From Candidatus Bathyarchaeia archaeon (GTDB lineage Archaea; Thermoproteota; Bathyarchaeia; Bathyarchaeales; Bathycorpusculaceae): a DNA stretch of 64,000 bases. The stretch is taken from the NCBI GenBank assembly GCA_049512075.1, contig JBEKXL010000009.1, forward strand, positions 1 through 64,000, given 5' to 3'. Below the pieces are notes generated by a model, which was not told where the DNA came from, did not search any database, and saw only the letters and a program-made list of their open reading frames with translations. How positions within the stretch are numbered: position 1 is the stretch's first letter; the number at the start of each line of letters is the position of its first letter. Shown one piece after another: positions 21,247 to 30,796 of this stretch. The position numbers and the translations under genes were made by a program.

Positions 21247-21778
21247 CATTACCGCGGTTGTTACCAACAAAGATAGGGGGTCGACTCCGAAAGATAACGC
21301 GTTTCTCCCGAACCGCACGCTTTCTTGCCTTCGGTCGCATTTCTACACGTATTTCTGTTCTTGGGGGGAGACCATCTCTGACACTGCTGGACGTATGTGA
21401 GAGGCTGTCCGCACGTTGGACACGTAGGGAGGCGGTGCAGTTGCTGGGACATTGGATGGATAAACAGGGTAGAGCGCGCACACCGACGAAACCACAGCCC
21501 AACAACAAAACATTACAACACACATTACATCTGACGTTACAAATGAAGAGCACGGAGTCAACTCTGAAGAGATGTCCAGCCCGTTTTCTTCATGGTTTGT
21601 TACAATCCACATTACTTCTGACATTACAAACAAAAAAGGGGGGGTCGCCAACGCAACGTTGCAATTTTACAATTTTACATTACAGAAAATGTAAAATAAA
21701 AAAAGGCGGGGGCCGACAACACAACATTGCAACGTTACAATTACAGATTACATCTGGCCTTGCAAACGAAGATGGGGG
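21247..21778 (+). repeat. Dispersed repeat cluster B (5 units)
   Basis: Units at 21247, 21523, 21610, 21678, 21746; homologous to clusters A and C. Confidence 0.8.
21372..21473 (-). pseudogene. Frameshifted remnant of a proline linker plus zinc ribbon
   Basis: LYPVYPSNVPATAPP then, after a frameshift, PTCPTCGQPLTYVQQCQRW. Confidence 0.5.
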
Positions 21779-22060
21779 TCACTTAAGTACGTGCTTTCAC
21801 CGAAGCGTGTTGTCACACTTAGGCAGCAACGTTTCGCGAGTCAGAAGCTGGATAACGCTCTTTTGTCTATTGCAGAATGTCCCTTCGAGCTTTGTGCGAG
21901 ATGCTTCCTGTTCGGCCGCTAGCGGTGAACCAACTTGCCAACGCAAGCCTCCGCTGTCTTGAGTTCGCGCATGTTCATTTTAACTCGGGGCTATCACACA
22001 TTAATATAAAAGCCTCAGGGCTTATAGAAAGTGGGCTAAAAGCTCAAAGGACGGGAAAAC

Positions 22061-23026
22061 ATGACACTTGCACTGCCGAAAGAAAAGCTTGCTGAAATGT
22101 ACCGGAAAATGCTTGAGATCCGCTGTTTTGAAGAGAAGGTTTTCGAGCTTTACGGTCAGAATCTTGTACCAGGCACGATACACCTCTACGCTGGAGAAGA
22201 AGCCGTGGCGGTCGGTGTATGCAGCAGCCTGCGAAAGGATGATTACATAACAAGCACACACAGAGGACATGGACACTGCATAGCGAAAGGTGCCGAGCTA
22301 AAGCGGACAATGGCAGAGATTCTGGGGAAAAAAACCGGCTATTGCAAAGGCAAGGGCGGTTCAATGCACATTGCCGATTTCAACGTGGGTATGTTAGGCG
22401 CAACGGCAGTAGTGGGAGCTGGCCTGCCGATAGCCGTGGGCGCTGGCTTGTCTGCAAAGCTGAGAAAAACGGATCAGGTCGTGGCGTGTTTCTTCGGCGA
22501 AGGAGCTTCAAACCAAGGAACATTCCACGAAAGCATAAACATGGCATCAGCGTGGTCATTGCCTGTGATTTTTGTCTGCGAAAACAACCTTTACGCCATG
22601 GGAACGCGTCAATCAAGGATAATGAACGTCGAAAACATCGCTGACCGCGCCGTGGCCTATGGAATTCCAGGCGTGACGGTGGACGGAAATGATGTTTTGG
22701 CGGTTTTCGAAGCCTCGCAAAAGGCTGTTGACCGCGCCAGAGGCGGAGGCGGGCCAACGCTTATCGAATGCAAAACTTACCGTCACAAGGGCCATTCCAG
22801 GGTTGATCCGGCGAAATACAGGCCGAAAGAAGAGGTTGAGCAATGGTTGGCTCGGGATCCACTCAAACGGTTCAAGGAGGTATTGCTGCAAAATTCCGAT
22901 TTTTCACAGTCTGAGGTTCAGGAGATTGAAGAGAAGATTGCTGCTGATATCGAAGATGCCGTGAAGTTCGCCGTGCAAAGTCCTTATCCAGCTCCAGAGG
23001 AAGCCTTGGAAGACGTCTACGCCTAG
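22061..23026 (+). CDS. TPP-dependent 2-oxoacid/acetoin dehydrogenase E1 alpha
   Basis: STHRGHGH, GKGGSMH, GEGA...N TPP motif, YRHKGHS. Confidence 0.93.
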   Translation: MTLALPKEKLAEMYRKMLEIRCFEEKVFELYGQNLVPGTIHLYAGEEAVAVGVCSSLRKDDYITSTHRGHGHCIAKGAELKRTMAEILGKKTGYCKGKGGSMHIADFNVGMLGATAVVGAGLPIAVGAGLSAKLRKTDQVVACFFGEGASNQGTFHESINMASAWSLPVIFVCENNLYAMGTRQSRIMNVENIADRAVAYGIPGVTVDGNDVLAVFEASQKAVDRARGGGGPTLIECKTYRHKGHSRVDPAKYRPKEEVEQWLARDPLKRFKEVLLQNSDFSQSEVQEIEEKIAADIEDAVKFAVQSPYPAPEEALEDVYA

Positions 23027-23040
23027 AGGGGGAGCATGTC

Positions 23041-24015
23041 GTGCGGAGAATGACCTATCGGGAAGCATTGCGTGAAGCTTTGAGAGAGGAGATGGGCCAC
23101 GATTCTTCAGTGTTCTTGCTTGGCGAGGACATTGGCAGGCACTGGGGCGGAGCCTTCAAAGTAACAGACGGTTTGGCTCAACAGTTTGGAGACGAAAGAG
23201 TCAGAGACACCCCCATATCAGAATCCGCAATAGTGGGCACGGGCGTTGGTGCTGCGATAACAGGGATGCGCCCCGTCGCTGAAATAATGTTCGGAGACCT
23301 GACCGCCCTGGCCATGGATCAGATCGCGAACCAAGCCGCAAAAATCAGGTACATGTTCGGCGGTCAAGCATCATGTCCACTCGTAATCAGAACACCGTTT
23401 GGGGCGGGTGTCAATATCGCCTCTCATCATTCACAGAGCCTAGAAGCATGGTTCATGCACGTACCCGGGCTGCAAGTCGCTGTGCCCTCAACCCCGTATG
23501 ATGCTAAGGGGCTCTTGAAAACGGCCATACGCGGAAGCAACCCGGTCCTTTTCTGCGAACACAAACTGCTCTATCCAGTCGAAGGTGACGTGCCAGAAGA
23601 CGAGTACACCATTCCTTTCGGAGTGGCCGAAGTCAAGAGGAAGGGGTCGGACGTCACTGTTGTCGCTACTATGTACATGGTTCACAAGGCGCGTAACGCT
23701 GCTGCTGAGCTTGAAGAGGAAGGATTGAGTGTTGAGGTTATTGACCCACGAACATTGACACCGTTGGACAAAAAAGCGATAGTTGATTCCGTGAAGAAAA
23801 CGGGAAGGCTAGTTATCGTGAGTGAAGACTGCAAGACTGGGGGCGTGAGCGCTGAAATCTCTTCCGTGGTAGCTGAAGAAGCCATTGATTACTTGGACGC
23901 TCCGATAAAGAGAGTAACTGGCGCAGACACGCCGATACCGTTCAGTCCGCCCTTGGAGCAGTACGTGATTCCGGACGAAAAAGCCATAATCAAGGCAGTC
24001 AAGGAAGTTGTCTGA
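23041..24015 (+). CDS. 2-oxoacid/acetoin dehydrogenase E1 beta
   Basis: GEDI, DTPISE, HHSQ, VEVIDPRTLTPLD. Confidence 0.93.
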   Translation: MRRMTYREALREALREEMGHDSSVFLLGEDIGRHWGGAFKVTDGLAQQFGDERVRDTPISESAIVGTGVGAAITGMRPVAEIMFGDLTALAMDQIANQAAKIRYMFGGQASCPLVIRTPFGAGVNIASHHSQSLEAWFMHVPGLQVAVPSTPYDAKGLLKTAIRGSNPVLFCEHKLLYPVEGDVPEDEYTIPFGVAEVKRKGSDVTVVATMYMVHKARNAAAELEEEGLSVEVIDPRTLTPLDKKAIVDSVKKTGRLVIVSEDCKTGGVSAEISSVVAEEAIDYLDAPIKRVTGADTPIPFSPPLEQYVIPDEKAIIKAVKEVV

Positions 24016-24016
24016 A

Positions 24017-24371
24017 ATGGTGACCAAAGTCGTGAGCCCAGACTCACCTTGACGATGAAGGAGGGTACGGTGGCAAATGGTACACGAAAGAGGGCGAAAG
24101 CGTTGAAAAGGGCGAACCGATTGTTGAAGTTGTATCAGAAAAGGCCACTTACTATTCGGAAGCGCCATCCTCGGGCATACTGAGAAAAGTTCTGGTGCAA
24201 GCAGGCGTCGACGTTTCAGTCAACGCAGTCATAGGCGTTATAACCGCTCCCGACGAGACCTTCTCAGACGCGGAGACACGCGAAACAGTCGAGCCTCAAA
24301 ACGAGATGGGAGTACTCAAAAACAAGGGCTCAAATCTCAACATTGCTGTCCAAACGCTCGGAAAGTCTTAA
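24017..24371 (+). pseudogene. Frameshifted, truncated E2 dihydrolipoamide acyltransferase (lipoyl domain only)
   Basis: MVTKVV/PRLTLTMKEGTV/KWYTKEGESVEKGEPIVEVVSEKAT..EAPSSG; two frameshifts and no catalytic domain. Confidence 0.85.
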
Positions 24372-24403
24372 GTGCGAAGTTGCAAAGAAACCATTGAGCC
24401 ACG

Positions 24404-25426
24404 ATGAAAGCTGCTGTGTACTACGGTCAACAGGACATACGAATAGAAGAAATCCCCACCCCCGAAATAAACGATGATGAGATCCTCGTCCAAATGAAAG
24501 CCTGCGGAATATGCGGGTCCGACTTCATGGACTGGTACCTGAAACCACGGGTCCCCTTGGTTCTTGGGCACGAACCGGCTGGAACAGTGGCGAAAAAAGG
24601 AAAAAAAGTGGAAAAGTTCAGTGTCGGCAACCGGGTTTTCGTGCACCACCACGTTGCCTGTTTAACATGTCACTACTGCCTGCACGGAGACTACACCCTC
24701 TGCAAACAGTTCCACGAAACGAACATAAAACCCGGCGGCTTCGCCGAATACTTCAGAGTCCCAGCCGCAAACGTCCAGATAGACACGTTGAAAATCCCGG
24801 AAACAATCTCCGATGACGAGGCGACCCTCATCGAACCCATCGCCTGCTGCATAAGAGCCATAAAGAAGTGCAACGTGCAAACGGGCGACACTGTAGCAGT
24901 TATCGGCGCCGGAGCGACAGGCCTCATCCATACTGCACTCTCAAAAATCTACGGGGCGACGAGGACAATCGTAAGCGACCTCATCGACTTTCGACTCAGA
25001 CTGGCGGAACGGTATGGAGCAGACGTCACCGTCAACCCGAAAAGCAGAGATCTAACCGAAACCGTCAGGGCCGAAACCGACGGAAGAGGCGTCGACGTAG
25101 CCGTCGTCACCGCGCCAAACCTGGATGCCTACAGAGCGGGCATCAACGTCTGTCGAAAAGGCGGAAAACTCTGCGTCTTCGCACCCACAGACCCGGAAAA
25201 ACACCTGCAGATAAGCCCCAAAGAACTGTTCTTCTCCGAAGTGCAGATAATCCCCTCATACTCAACATCGCACCTGGAAACAAGAACTGCCCTCCAGCTT
25301 CTGGAGACAAACAGAATTAACGCGAAGCCGCTCATAACCCACCGTTTCAGGCTCGCGCAAACGGCACAAGCCTTCAGGACAGCCCTGGAAACGAAAGAAA
25401 GCCTAAAAATCATCATCACCAACTGA
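24404..25426 (+). CDS. Zn-dependent MDR dehydrogenase (sorbitol/threonine dehydrogenase-like)
   Basis: CGSD, GHE, CxxCxxC, GAGATG. Confidence 0.92.
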   Translation: MKAAVYYGQQDIRIEEIPTPEINDDEILVQMKACGICGSDFMDWYLKPRVPLVLGHEPAGTVAKKGKKVEKFSVGNRVFVHHHVACLTCHYCLHGDYTLCKQFHETNIKPGGFAEYFRVPAANVQIDTLKIPETISDDEATLIEPIACCIRAIKKCNVQTGDTVAVIGAGATGLIHTALSKIYGATRTIVSDLIDFRLRLAERYGADVTVNPKSRDLTETVRAETDGRGVDVAVVTAPNLDAYRAGINVCRKGGKLCVFAPTDPEKHLQISPKELFFSEVQIIPSYSTSHLETRTALQLLETNRINAKPLITHRFRLAQTAQAFRTALETKESLKIIITN

Positions 25427-25518
25427 AATGGCCTCAACCCAACGCTTCAAGAACGTTGAAACTCGCACCGGCACGTTTGGCTAAAGGTTTATTAACAAAC
25501 GCTTTTTGATTGTCACGA

Positions 25519-26634
25519 ATGGAAAAAGCCAAAATCGTTGTGATTGGAGCCGGCATAGTGGGTCTGGCTGTAGCCGCAAGACTCTCGGAAAAGAACCAGG
25601 ACGTTTATGTTCTGGAGAAAAACAAGAGGTTTGGACAGGAGACCAGCGGGCACAACAGCGGAGTGATCCACTCGGGTATCCATTACCCGCCTGAGTCTCT
25701 CAAGGCCGAACTGTGCGTGAGGGGCAACAGGATGCTCTACGACATCTGCGAGAAATATGAGGTTCCCTGTAAGAAACTGGGTAAGCTCACAGTGGCCATT
25801 GAGGATGAAGAGATAGACGAGCTTGAGAGGCTGATGCGGCAGGGGGAAGCAAACGGCGTGGAAGAATTGAAGATGCTTGAAAAGGAAGAAGTCAAGCGGC
25901 TGGAACCCAACGTTGAAGTTGAAAAGGCGCTCTATTCGCCCTCAACAGGCATCGTTGAACCCGACGAGTTAATGATTCATTTCTATGCGGAAGTCCAGAA
26001 GCACAACGCCCTGTTCGTCCCGATAACCGAGGTCACGGGCATAAAGAAAATGGGCGACGATTATGAAATAGGCGGAGTCAGCATCGACGAAAAGTTCACG
26101 ATCCGAGCGGAGGCGGTCATAAACTGTGCAGGCCTCAACTCAGACAGGGTGGCTTCGATGACGGGACTGGACATCGACCAGCTCGACTATCGGTTGCACC
26201 TGTGCAAGGGGGATTATTTTAGGCTGAGCGGAAAGCCCCTTGTCAAGATGTTGGTGTACCCGGTTCCGAAGGGGCCTGGACTCGGTGTCCATCTGACTCC
26301 GGACATGGCTGGCGGGGTGAGGCTGGGACCGAACGCCTACTACGTCAACGACGTAAGCTATGAAGTTGAATCGAGCGAGAAGGAGTTTCGTGAAGACGTG
26401 AAAAGATTTCTGCCCTCCATCGTCGAACGAGAGATAAGAGCTGACTCGGCCGGCGTGAGACCGAAGCTTCAGGGTCCGGGAGAAGGGTTCAGGGATTTCG
26501 TGATAAGGCATGAAGCTGACAGAGGCTTGTTCGGGTTCATAAATTTGGTAGGCATAGAGTCTCCGGGCTTGACTGCATCTCCAGTAATCGCTGAACTCGT
26601 TTCAAGAGTATACGATGAGGAAGTAAGCAAATAA
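25519..26634 (+). CDS. FAD-dependent oxidoreductase (L-2-hydroxyglutarate oxidase-like)
   Basis: GAGIVG, TSGHNSGVIHSG, INCAGL, GIESPGLTAS. Confidence 0.9.
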   Translation: MEKAKIVVIGAGIVGLAVAARLSEKNQDVYVLEKNKRFGQETSGHNSGVIHSGIHYPPESLKAELCVRGNRMLYDICEKYEVPCKKLGKLTVAIEDEEIDELERLMRQGEANGVEELKMLEKEEVKRLEPNVEVEKALYSPSTGIVEPDELMIHFYAEVQKHNALFVPITEVTGIKKMGDDYEIGGVSIDEKFTIRAEAVINCAGLNSDRVASMTGLDIDQLDYRLHLCKGDYFRLSGKPLVKMLVYPVPKGPGLGVHLTPDMAGGVRLGPNAYYVNDVSYEVESSEKEFREDVKRFLPSIVEREIRADSAGVRPKLQGPGEGFRDFVIRHEADRGLFGFINLVGIESPGLTASPVIAELVSRVYDEEVSK

Positions 26635-26830
26635 GAAGTCGGCGCGTGTCTCCTGCCACACTGTAAGCCACCGTCAGCATCAAGCCTTCAGAAATTTGGC
26701 AACATCATGTGATAGTGGGCTTCCGTGTTCTTTTCCCGCCGGGACGAGTTGAGTCTGAGCTTTTTGTGACGCACAGAAGATTATAAGACAATATTCTGAA
26801 TATTGAGCGCAGATAAGGGTGAAGGCTAAA

Positions 26831-27472
26831 ATGGACATTCTGTTCAGGAAACCTGGAAAGCGAAGTCGCGGCATCGTAGGCATTGAGGCTGCGATTGTGC
26901 TCATCGCTTTTGTGGTGATTGCGGCGTCTTTCGCTTATGTTGTGATTAACATGGGTTTCTTCGCGGCTCAGCAGACTAAATCGACGATAGGTAAGGGAAT
27001 TCAGGAGGCTACGAGCTCCTTAGAGATTGACGGCTTCGTCACGGGTGAGACAAACTCTTCCAACGTGGCAATAACATTTCTCGCGATACCGTTAAAGCTG
27101 TCCATAGGTCAGGACGAGGTCGACTTATCAAACAATACCGTGGTCGTTGCAGTTCAGGACGGGAACTTTTCGCTCGCAAACGTCTATGGTGGCGTGCGCA
27201 CCTCAACCGAGGCGTCTGTTACTGACCTCATGGCAAGCGTGACTGGCGCGCCCAACGCGACGTGTTTCATCTACAACTTCCACTCCAGCACGGACACTGC
27301 GCTTAAACAGAACGCCAAGGCTTACATGATCATAAGCCTGGGAAACACGTACGGGCTCGTGCCCTACACTAAAGTGAACATAGAGATACGAACAAGCGTG
27401 GGCGCAGCGTTGATGATTCAGAGAGACATCCCAGGCGGGTTGGAGCCCAATAGCCTCGTGGATCTAGGCTAG
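26831..27472 (+). CDS. Archaellin
   Basis: SRG|IVGIEAAIVLIAFVVIAA class III signal peptide with archaellin N-terminal helix. Confidence 0.9.
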   Translation: MDILFRKPGKRSRGIVGIEAAIVLIAFVVIAASFAYVVINMGFFAAQQTKSTIGKGIQEATSSLEIDGFVTGETNSSNVAITFLAIPLKLSIGQDEVDLSNNTVVVAVQDGNFSLANVYGGVRTSTEASVTDLMASVTGAPNATCFIYNFHSSTDTALKQNAKAYMIISLGNTYGLVPYTKVNIEIRTSVGAALMIQRDIPGGLEPNSLVDLG

Positions 27473-27777
27473 CAGACCCACGCGTACCGTGACCTCTGGA
27501 ACCCTAACTTCGGTGCCCCGCGTGCAAGTTGGGTTTCGAATCCTTGCTTTTTAGTGCCCAATTCGTTTCTTTTGAGTAGTACTCAAAAGATTGCATGGCA
27601 CCTAGCGCAGCGAGGGTGTTTGGCAGCTTCCCGCGTGTTTGTTCTTTTGCTGTTGCATTTGCGAGGCGGAGCTTTGTCCTAAAATGTCTTAACAAACCTG
27701 ATTCCTAACCGCGGGGGCGGCTGTGGGAGGGAAATCTCCATATACGTGAGCTTACAGTTTCAACTGCGTGAACCTGG

Positions 27778-28806
27778 ATGAAGGCCGCGTTGCTTTATGG
27801 CGTGAAGGACTTGAGGGTTGAAGATGTTGAAGTGCCCAGGGTTGGTGCTGGAGAAGTTCTCGTCAAGGTCAAGGGAGCCACGACGTGCGGGACAGATCTG
27901 AAAATCTTTCAGAGGGGCTACGTTGAGAAGATCATAAGTCTTCCGACGATTTTCGGGCATGAGTGGGCTGGGGAAGTGGTTGAAGTCGGTGAGGGCCTTG
28001 AGTGGCCGCGGAGCGGAATGCGCGTGCGTGCGGGTAACAGTGCGCCGTGTTTACACTGTGTGATGTGTCAGAGAGGCAAGTACAATCTCTGCGAGAACAT
28101 GATTTGGCTGTGGGGAGCGTACGCTGAGTACGTCAAGGTGCCGGCCCGCATGGTGTTGGTGAACATGCAGGAGGTTCCCCAAAATGTTTCCTACTTAGAA
28201 GCTGCTGTAACGGAGCCGTTGGCGTGTGTTTTGCACGGAGTTGAGGATGCAGGGGTGAAGCTCGGCGACACGGTTGCCATAATTGGGGCGGGGCCTATCG
28301 GGCTGCTGCATCTACTAACCGTCAAGAGGATGGGTGCTGAAAAGGCGATATTGATTGACCTTGTGGACGAAAGACTGGAAGCTGCGGCGAAACTCGGCGC
28401 GGACGAGACGATTAACGGTGGAAAAGAGGACGTTGTTGAAAGGGTGCGGAGCTTAACTGGCGGGTACGGTGCGGATGTGGTGATAGAGGCGATAGGGTTG
28501 GCTGCCACTTGGGAACAGGCTCTGAAGCTCGCGAGGAAGGGCGGTGTTGTCCTCGAGTTCGGCGGATGTCCTCCAGGAACTGAAATCAGAGTCAACGCTG
28601 AACAGGTTCATTATGGGGAGTTGACGGTTCTGGGTACTTTTCACACGACCCCGTTGCATTTCGGAAGGGCGCTTGATTTCATAGCCTCGCGAACCATAGA
28701 CGTGAGGCCCCTCATAACGCGCGAAATTGGGTTGGAAGATATTCGTAAGGCGTTCGATGTGCTCTCAACTTCCAAGAACGAAATAAAGATAGGAATAATC
28801 CCCTAG
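27778..28806 (+). CDS. Zn-dependent MDR dehydrogenase
   Basis: CGTD, GHE, CxxCxxC, GAGPIG. Confidence 0.92.
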   Translation: MKAALLYGVKDLRVEDVEVPRVGAGEVLVKVKGATTCGTDLKIFQRGYVEKIISLPTIFGHEWAGEVVEVGEGLEWPRSGMRVRAGNSAPCLHCVMCQRGKYNLCENMIWLWGAYAEYVKVPARMVLVNMQEVPQNVSYLEAAVTEPLACVLHGVEDAGVKLGDTVAIIGAGPIGLLHLLTVKRMGAEKAILIDLVDERLEAAAKLGADETINGGKEDVVERVRSLTGGYGADVVIEAIGLAATWEQALKLARKGGVVLEFGGCPPGTEIRVNAEQVHYGELTVLGTFHTTPLHFGRALDFIASRTIDVRPLITREIGLEDIRKAFDVLSTSKNEIKIGIIP

Positions 28807-28825
28807 GTTTCACCGTGTCACGTTG

Positions 28826-28897
28826 TTTCCTGTTCCTGGAGAGTATCAGTACATCCCTTTCGCATGTGCGTTCAAATCCTTCTTCAAGCAATGCCAT
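28826..28897 (-). pseudogene. Possible integrase C-terminal tail relic
   Basis: ALLEEGFERTCERDVLILSRNRK resembles the tails at 6841 and 13345-13430. Confidence 0.45.
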
Positions 28898-29196
28898 CCG
28901 TCCGTCTTCTCTTGATTGCGCGTGCTAGCGTGTTGCTAAATTCGGGGAATTGACCTGAACTTGTTTGATAACGTTGGGCTTGGATAGACACACATGATAT
29001 AGTACATAGATTTGCGATGGGAACCGTGCATGCTTGGAAGTTGAGCAGAAATTGACACAAACAATTCGATTTAGCAACGCCCTAGCGCACTTGGCGTGCA
29101 CGTAGGCGAAAGACATTCTTTCAGAAAGAATCTGGTTCTGTCGTAGTCACTGTTTGGGTTCCTCTGGAGCTCAGTCGTGTCAATTCTTTCCCAATG

Positions 29197-29481
29197 TCAA
29201 TCGGCGCTTTTGCCTTGCGTTCTCTTTCTTAGGATAAGTGCCAGGATGCCGAACAGGATCCACCACGCTACTGCATCGTATACGAAGTTCTGCCAGGAGA
29301 ACCAACCAGTCAGAGGTGGGCTGTTTGGATAGGCATATCCCTGTTCTCCGTGCCAATTGACCGGAATGCCGTAGCGGATGTCTATCTTGCCTGCTGTGCC
29401 ATGATCCCGTCCGTAAAATCCAGAGAGCAGTGTGACAAGCAAGCCTAGCACGAGAACCAAGAAGACTAGAGCTCCCCTCAT
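29197..29481 (-). CDS. Small membrane protein
   Basis: Two hydrophobic helices flanking a YGIP motif. Confidence 0.7.
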   Translation of the reverse strand: MRGALVFLVLVLGLLVTLLSGFYGRDHGTAGKIDIRYGIPVNWHGEQGYAYPNSPPLTGWFSWQNFVYDAVAWWILFGILALILRKRTQGKSAD

Positions 29482-29650
29482 TTCAGCTTCACCGGTTTCA
29501 ATTTAGCAACTGAAGTTCTTATAATGTTCTGTTTTCTTCGAAATTCACAGCGCGCTATGTTTCCGCTTCTGGCTCCCGAAACGTTGGTGTCCAAGAGCGT
29601 GAGGTTGTGCCGCGAGAGAACTCCGTGACCGGCGGATGCTTCAACGTTGG

Positions 29651-29980
29651 CCCCCCTATCTTCATTTGCAAGGTCAGTTGCAATGTCGTGATGTAATGTT
29701 GTGTTGTCGGCCCCCCCCCCGCCTTTTTTTGTTTACGTTTTTTGTAATGTTGAATTGTAAAAGTGTATTATTGCGTTGGCGACCCCCATTTTTTGTTTGT
29801 AATGTCAGATGTAATGCTGTATTGTACTGTTTTGTCGTTGACGCGTCGTTTTGTCGGCTACGTCGGATGTAATATTGTTTGGTAACAGTTCTTGAAGGAG
29901 CGTTGCGGCAGGGTTTGCGGAGGCTGCGGGGAGTGGGGTGGGGGCTTCCAGTGTTTGTTTTTACGTTTTTTGTGATGTTG
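29651..29980 (-). repeat. Dispersed repeat cluster C (inverted relative to A and B)
   Basis: Reverse complement of 29651-29816 aligns with 21610-21778; further degenerate units extend to ~29980. Confidence 0.8.
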
Positions 29981-30164
29981 TTTTGTGAAAAAACAACATG
30001 GAGCAGATGCGGGTTGGCGCAGTATCTGCGGGCTTTGTTCTCTTCTTTCCCGGTTCTGCGTTTGGCTTTTTCGAGTGACAATTGAATAGCCAGACTCAAG
30101 CTATGAATTGTAGATTCATAACTCTTTTCTAGCATGAGGCTTCTGATATGGCATAAGTGAGAAA

Positions 30165-30248
30165 ATGAAAGTACATGGGTACAAGCGAAGTAAACCAGGC
30201 GGAAAACACAAGATAGTGCATGTAAAGAGCTATGTGAGAAGAAAGTAG
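30165..30248 (+). CDS. 27-aa basic peptide
   Basis: MKVHGYKRSKPGGKHKIVHVKSYVRRK*; below the ORF-track cutoff; internally repeated VxxYxR motif. Confidence 0.55.
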   Translation: MKVHGYKRSKPGGKHKIVHVKSYVRRK

Positions 30249-30356
30249 TGCTGGCGCTTCCTTCCATATCCTGCATGATCCCCTATTCTTGAACTAAAGA
30301 CAACCCTATACCGCACGCTATGTACTGAGGTAGGCTTCTGGCATGAAAGGTTAGGA

Positions 30357-30611
30357 TTAATCCGTTGGTGGAGTGTTGTATGCGCGCCTTGAGTATACTT
30401 CAATACACCTTCCAATCTCAACTCCGCCAAGAAGACCAAGAAGAATCATGCCCAATCCAAGCCACGCGTGCGTGCTAAGAAACAGAAAACCATATTCGTC
30501 GACACCAAAGATTATTACAAGCGCAATTGCAATGAAAAGCACAATGATCCCAGCAACAAAATCTTTTGTGCTCGCTGGTTTGTATGCATATTCCCAGGGC
30601 ATTTCCCTCAC
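30357..30611 (-). CDS. Small two-TM membrane protein
   Basis: Two hydrophobic segments in 84 aa. Confidence 0.6.
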   Translation of the reverse strand: MREMPWEYAYKPASTKDFVAGIIVLFIAIALVIIFGVDEYGFLFLSTHAWLGLGMILLGLLGGVEIGRCIEVYSRRAYNTPPTD

Positions 30612-30796
30612 CTGTGGAGCATCTGAAGGCAGAACTGTTTAAGTCAGAATCGAAACTGCCCATCCTCCTGTGTCAAATGTTCCGATAGAGCGCCCCGGAA
30701 AAAATCAATAAAATACACGGAGATCGGCCCGTGAACGACTGTCGCTGACAAGAGCTTTTATAGCGATGCATTCATGATAATCTAGCGAAAAGTCTC

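Noticed and set aside
21523-21778. CRISPR array
   Set aside because: Units are too degenerate, the spacers recur in the other clusters, and there are no cas genes in the window
21228-21962. 244-aa ORF, and likewise the 200-aa ORF at 29674-30276
   Set aside because: Both read through the repeat clusters and have non-protein-like composition; probably spurious
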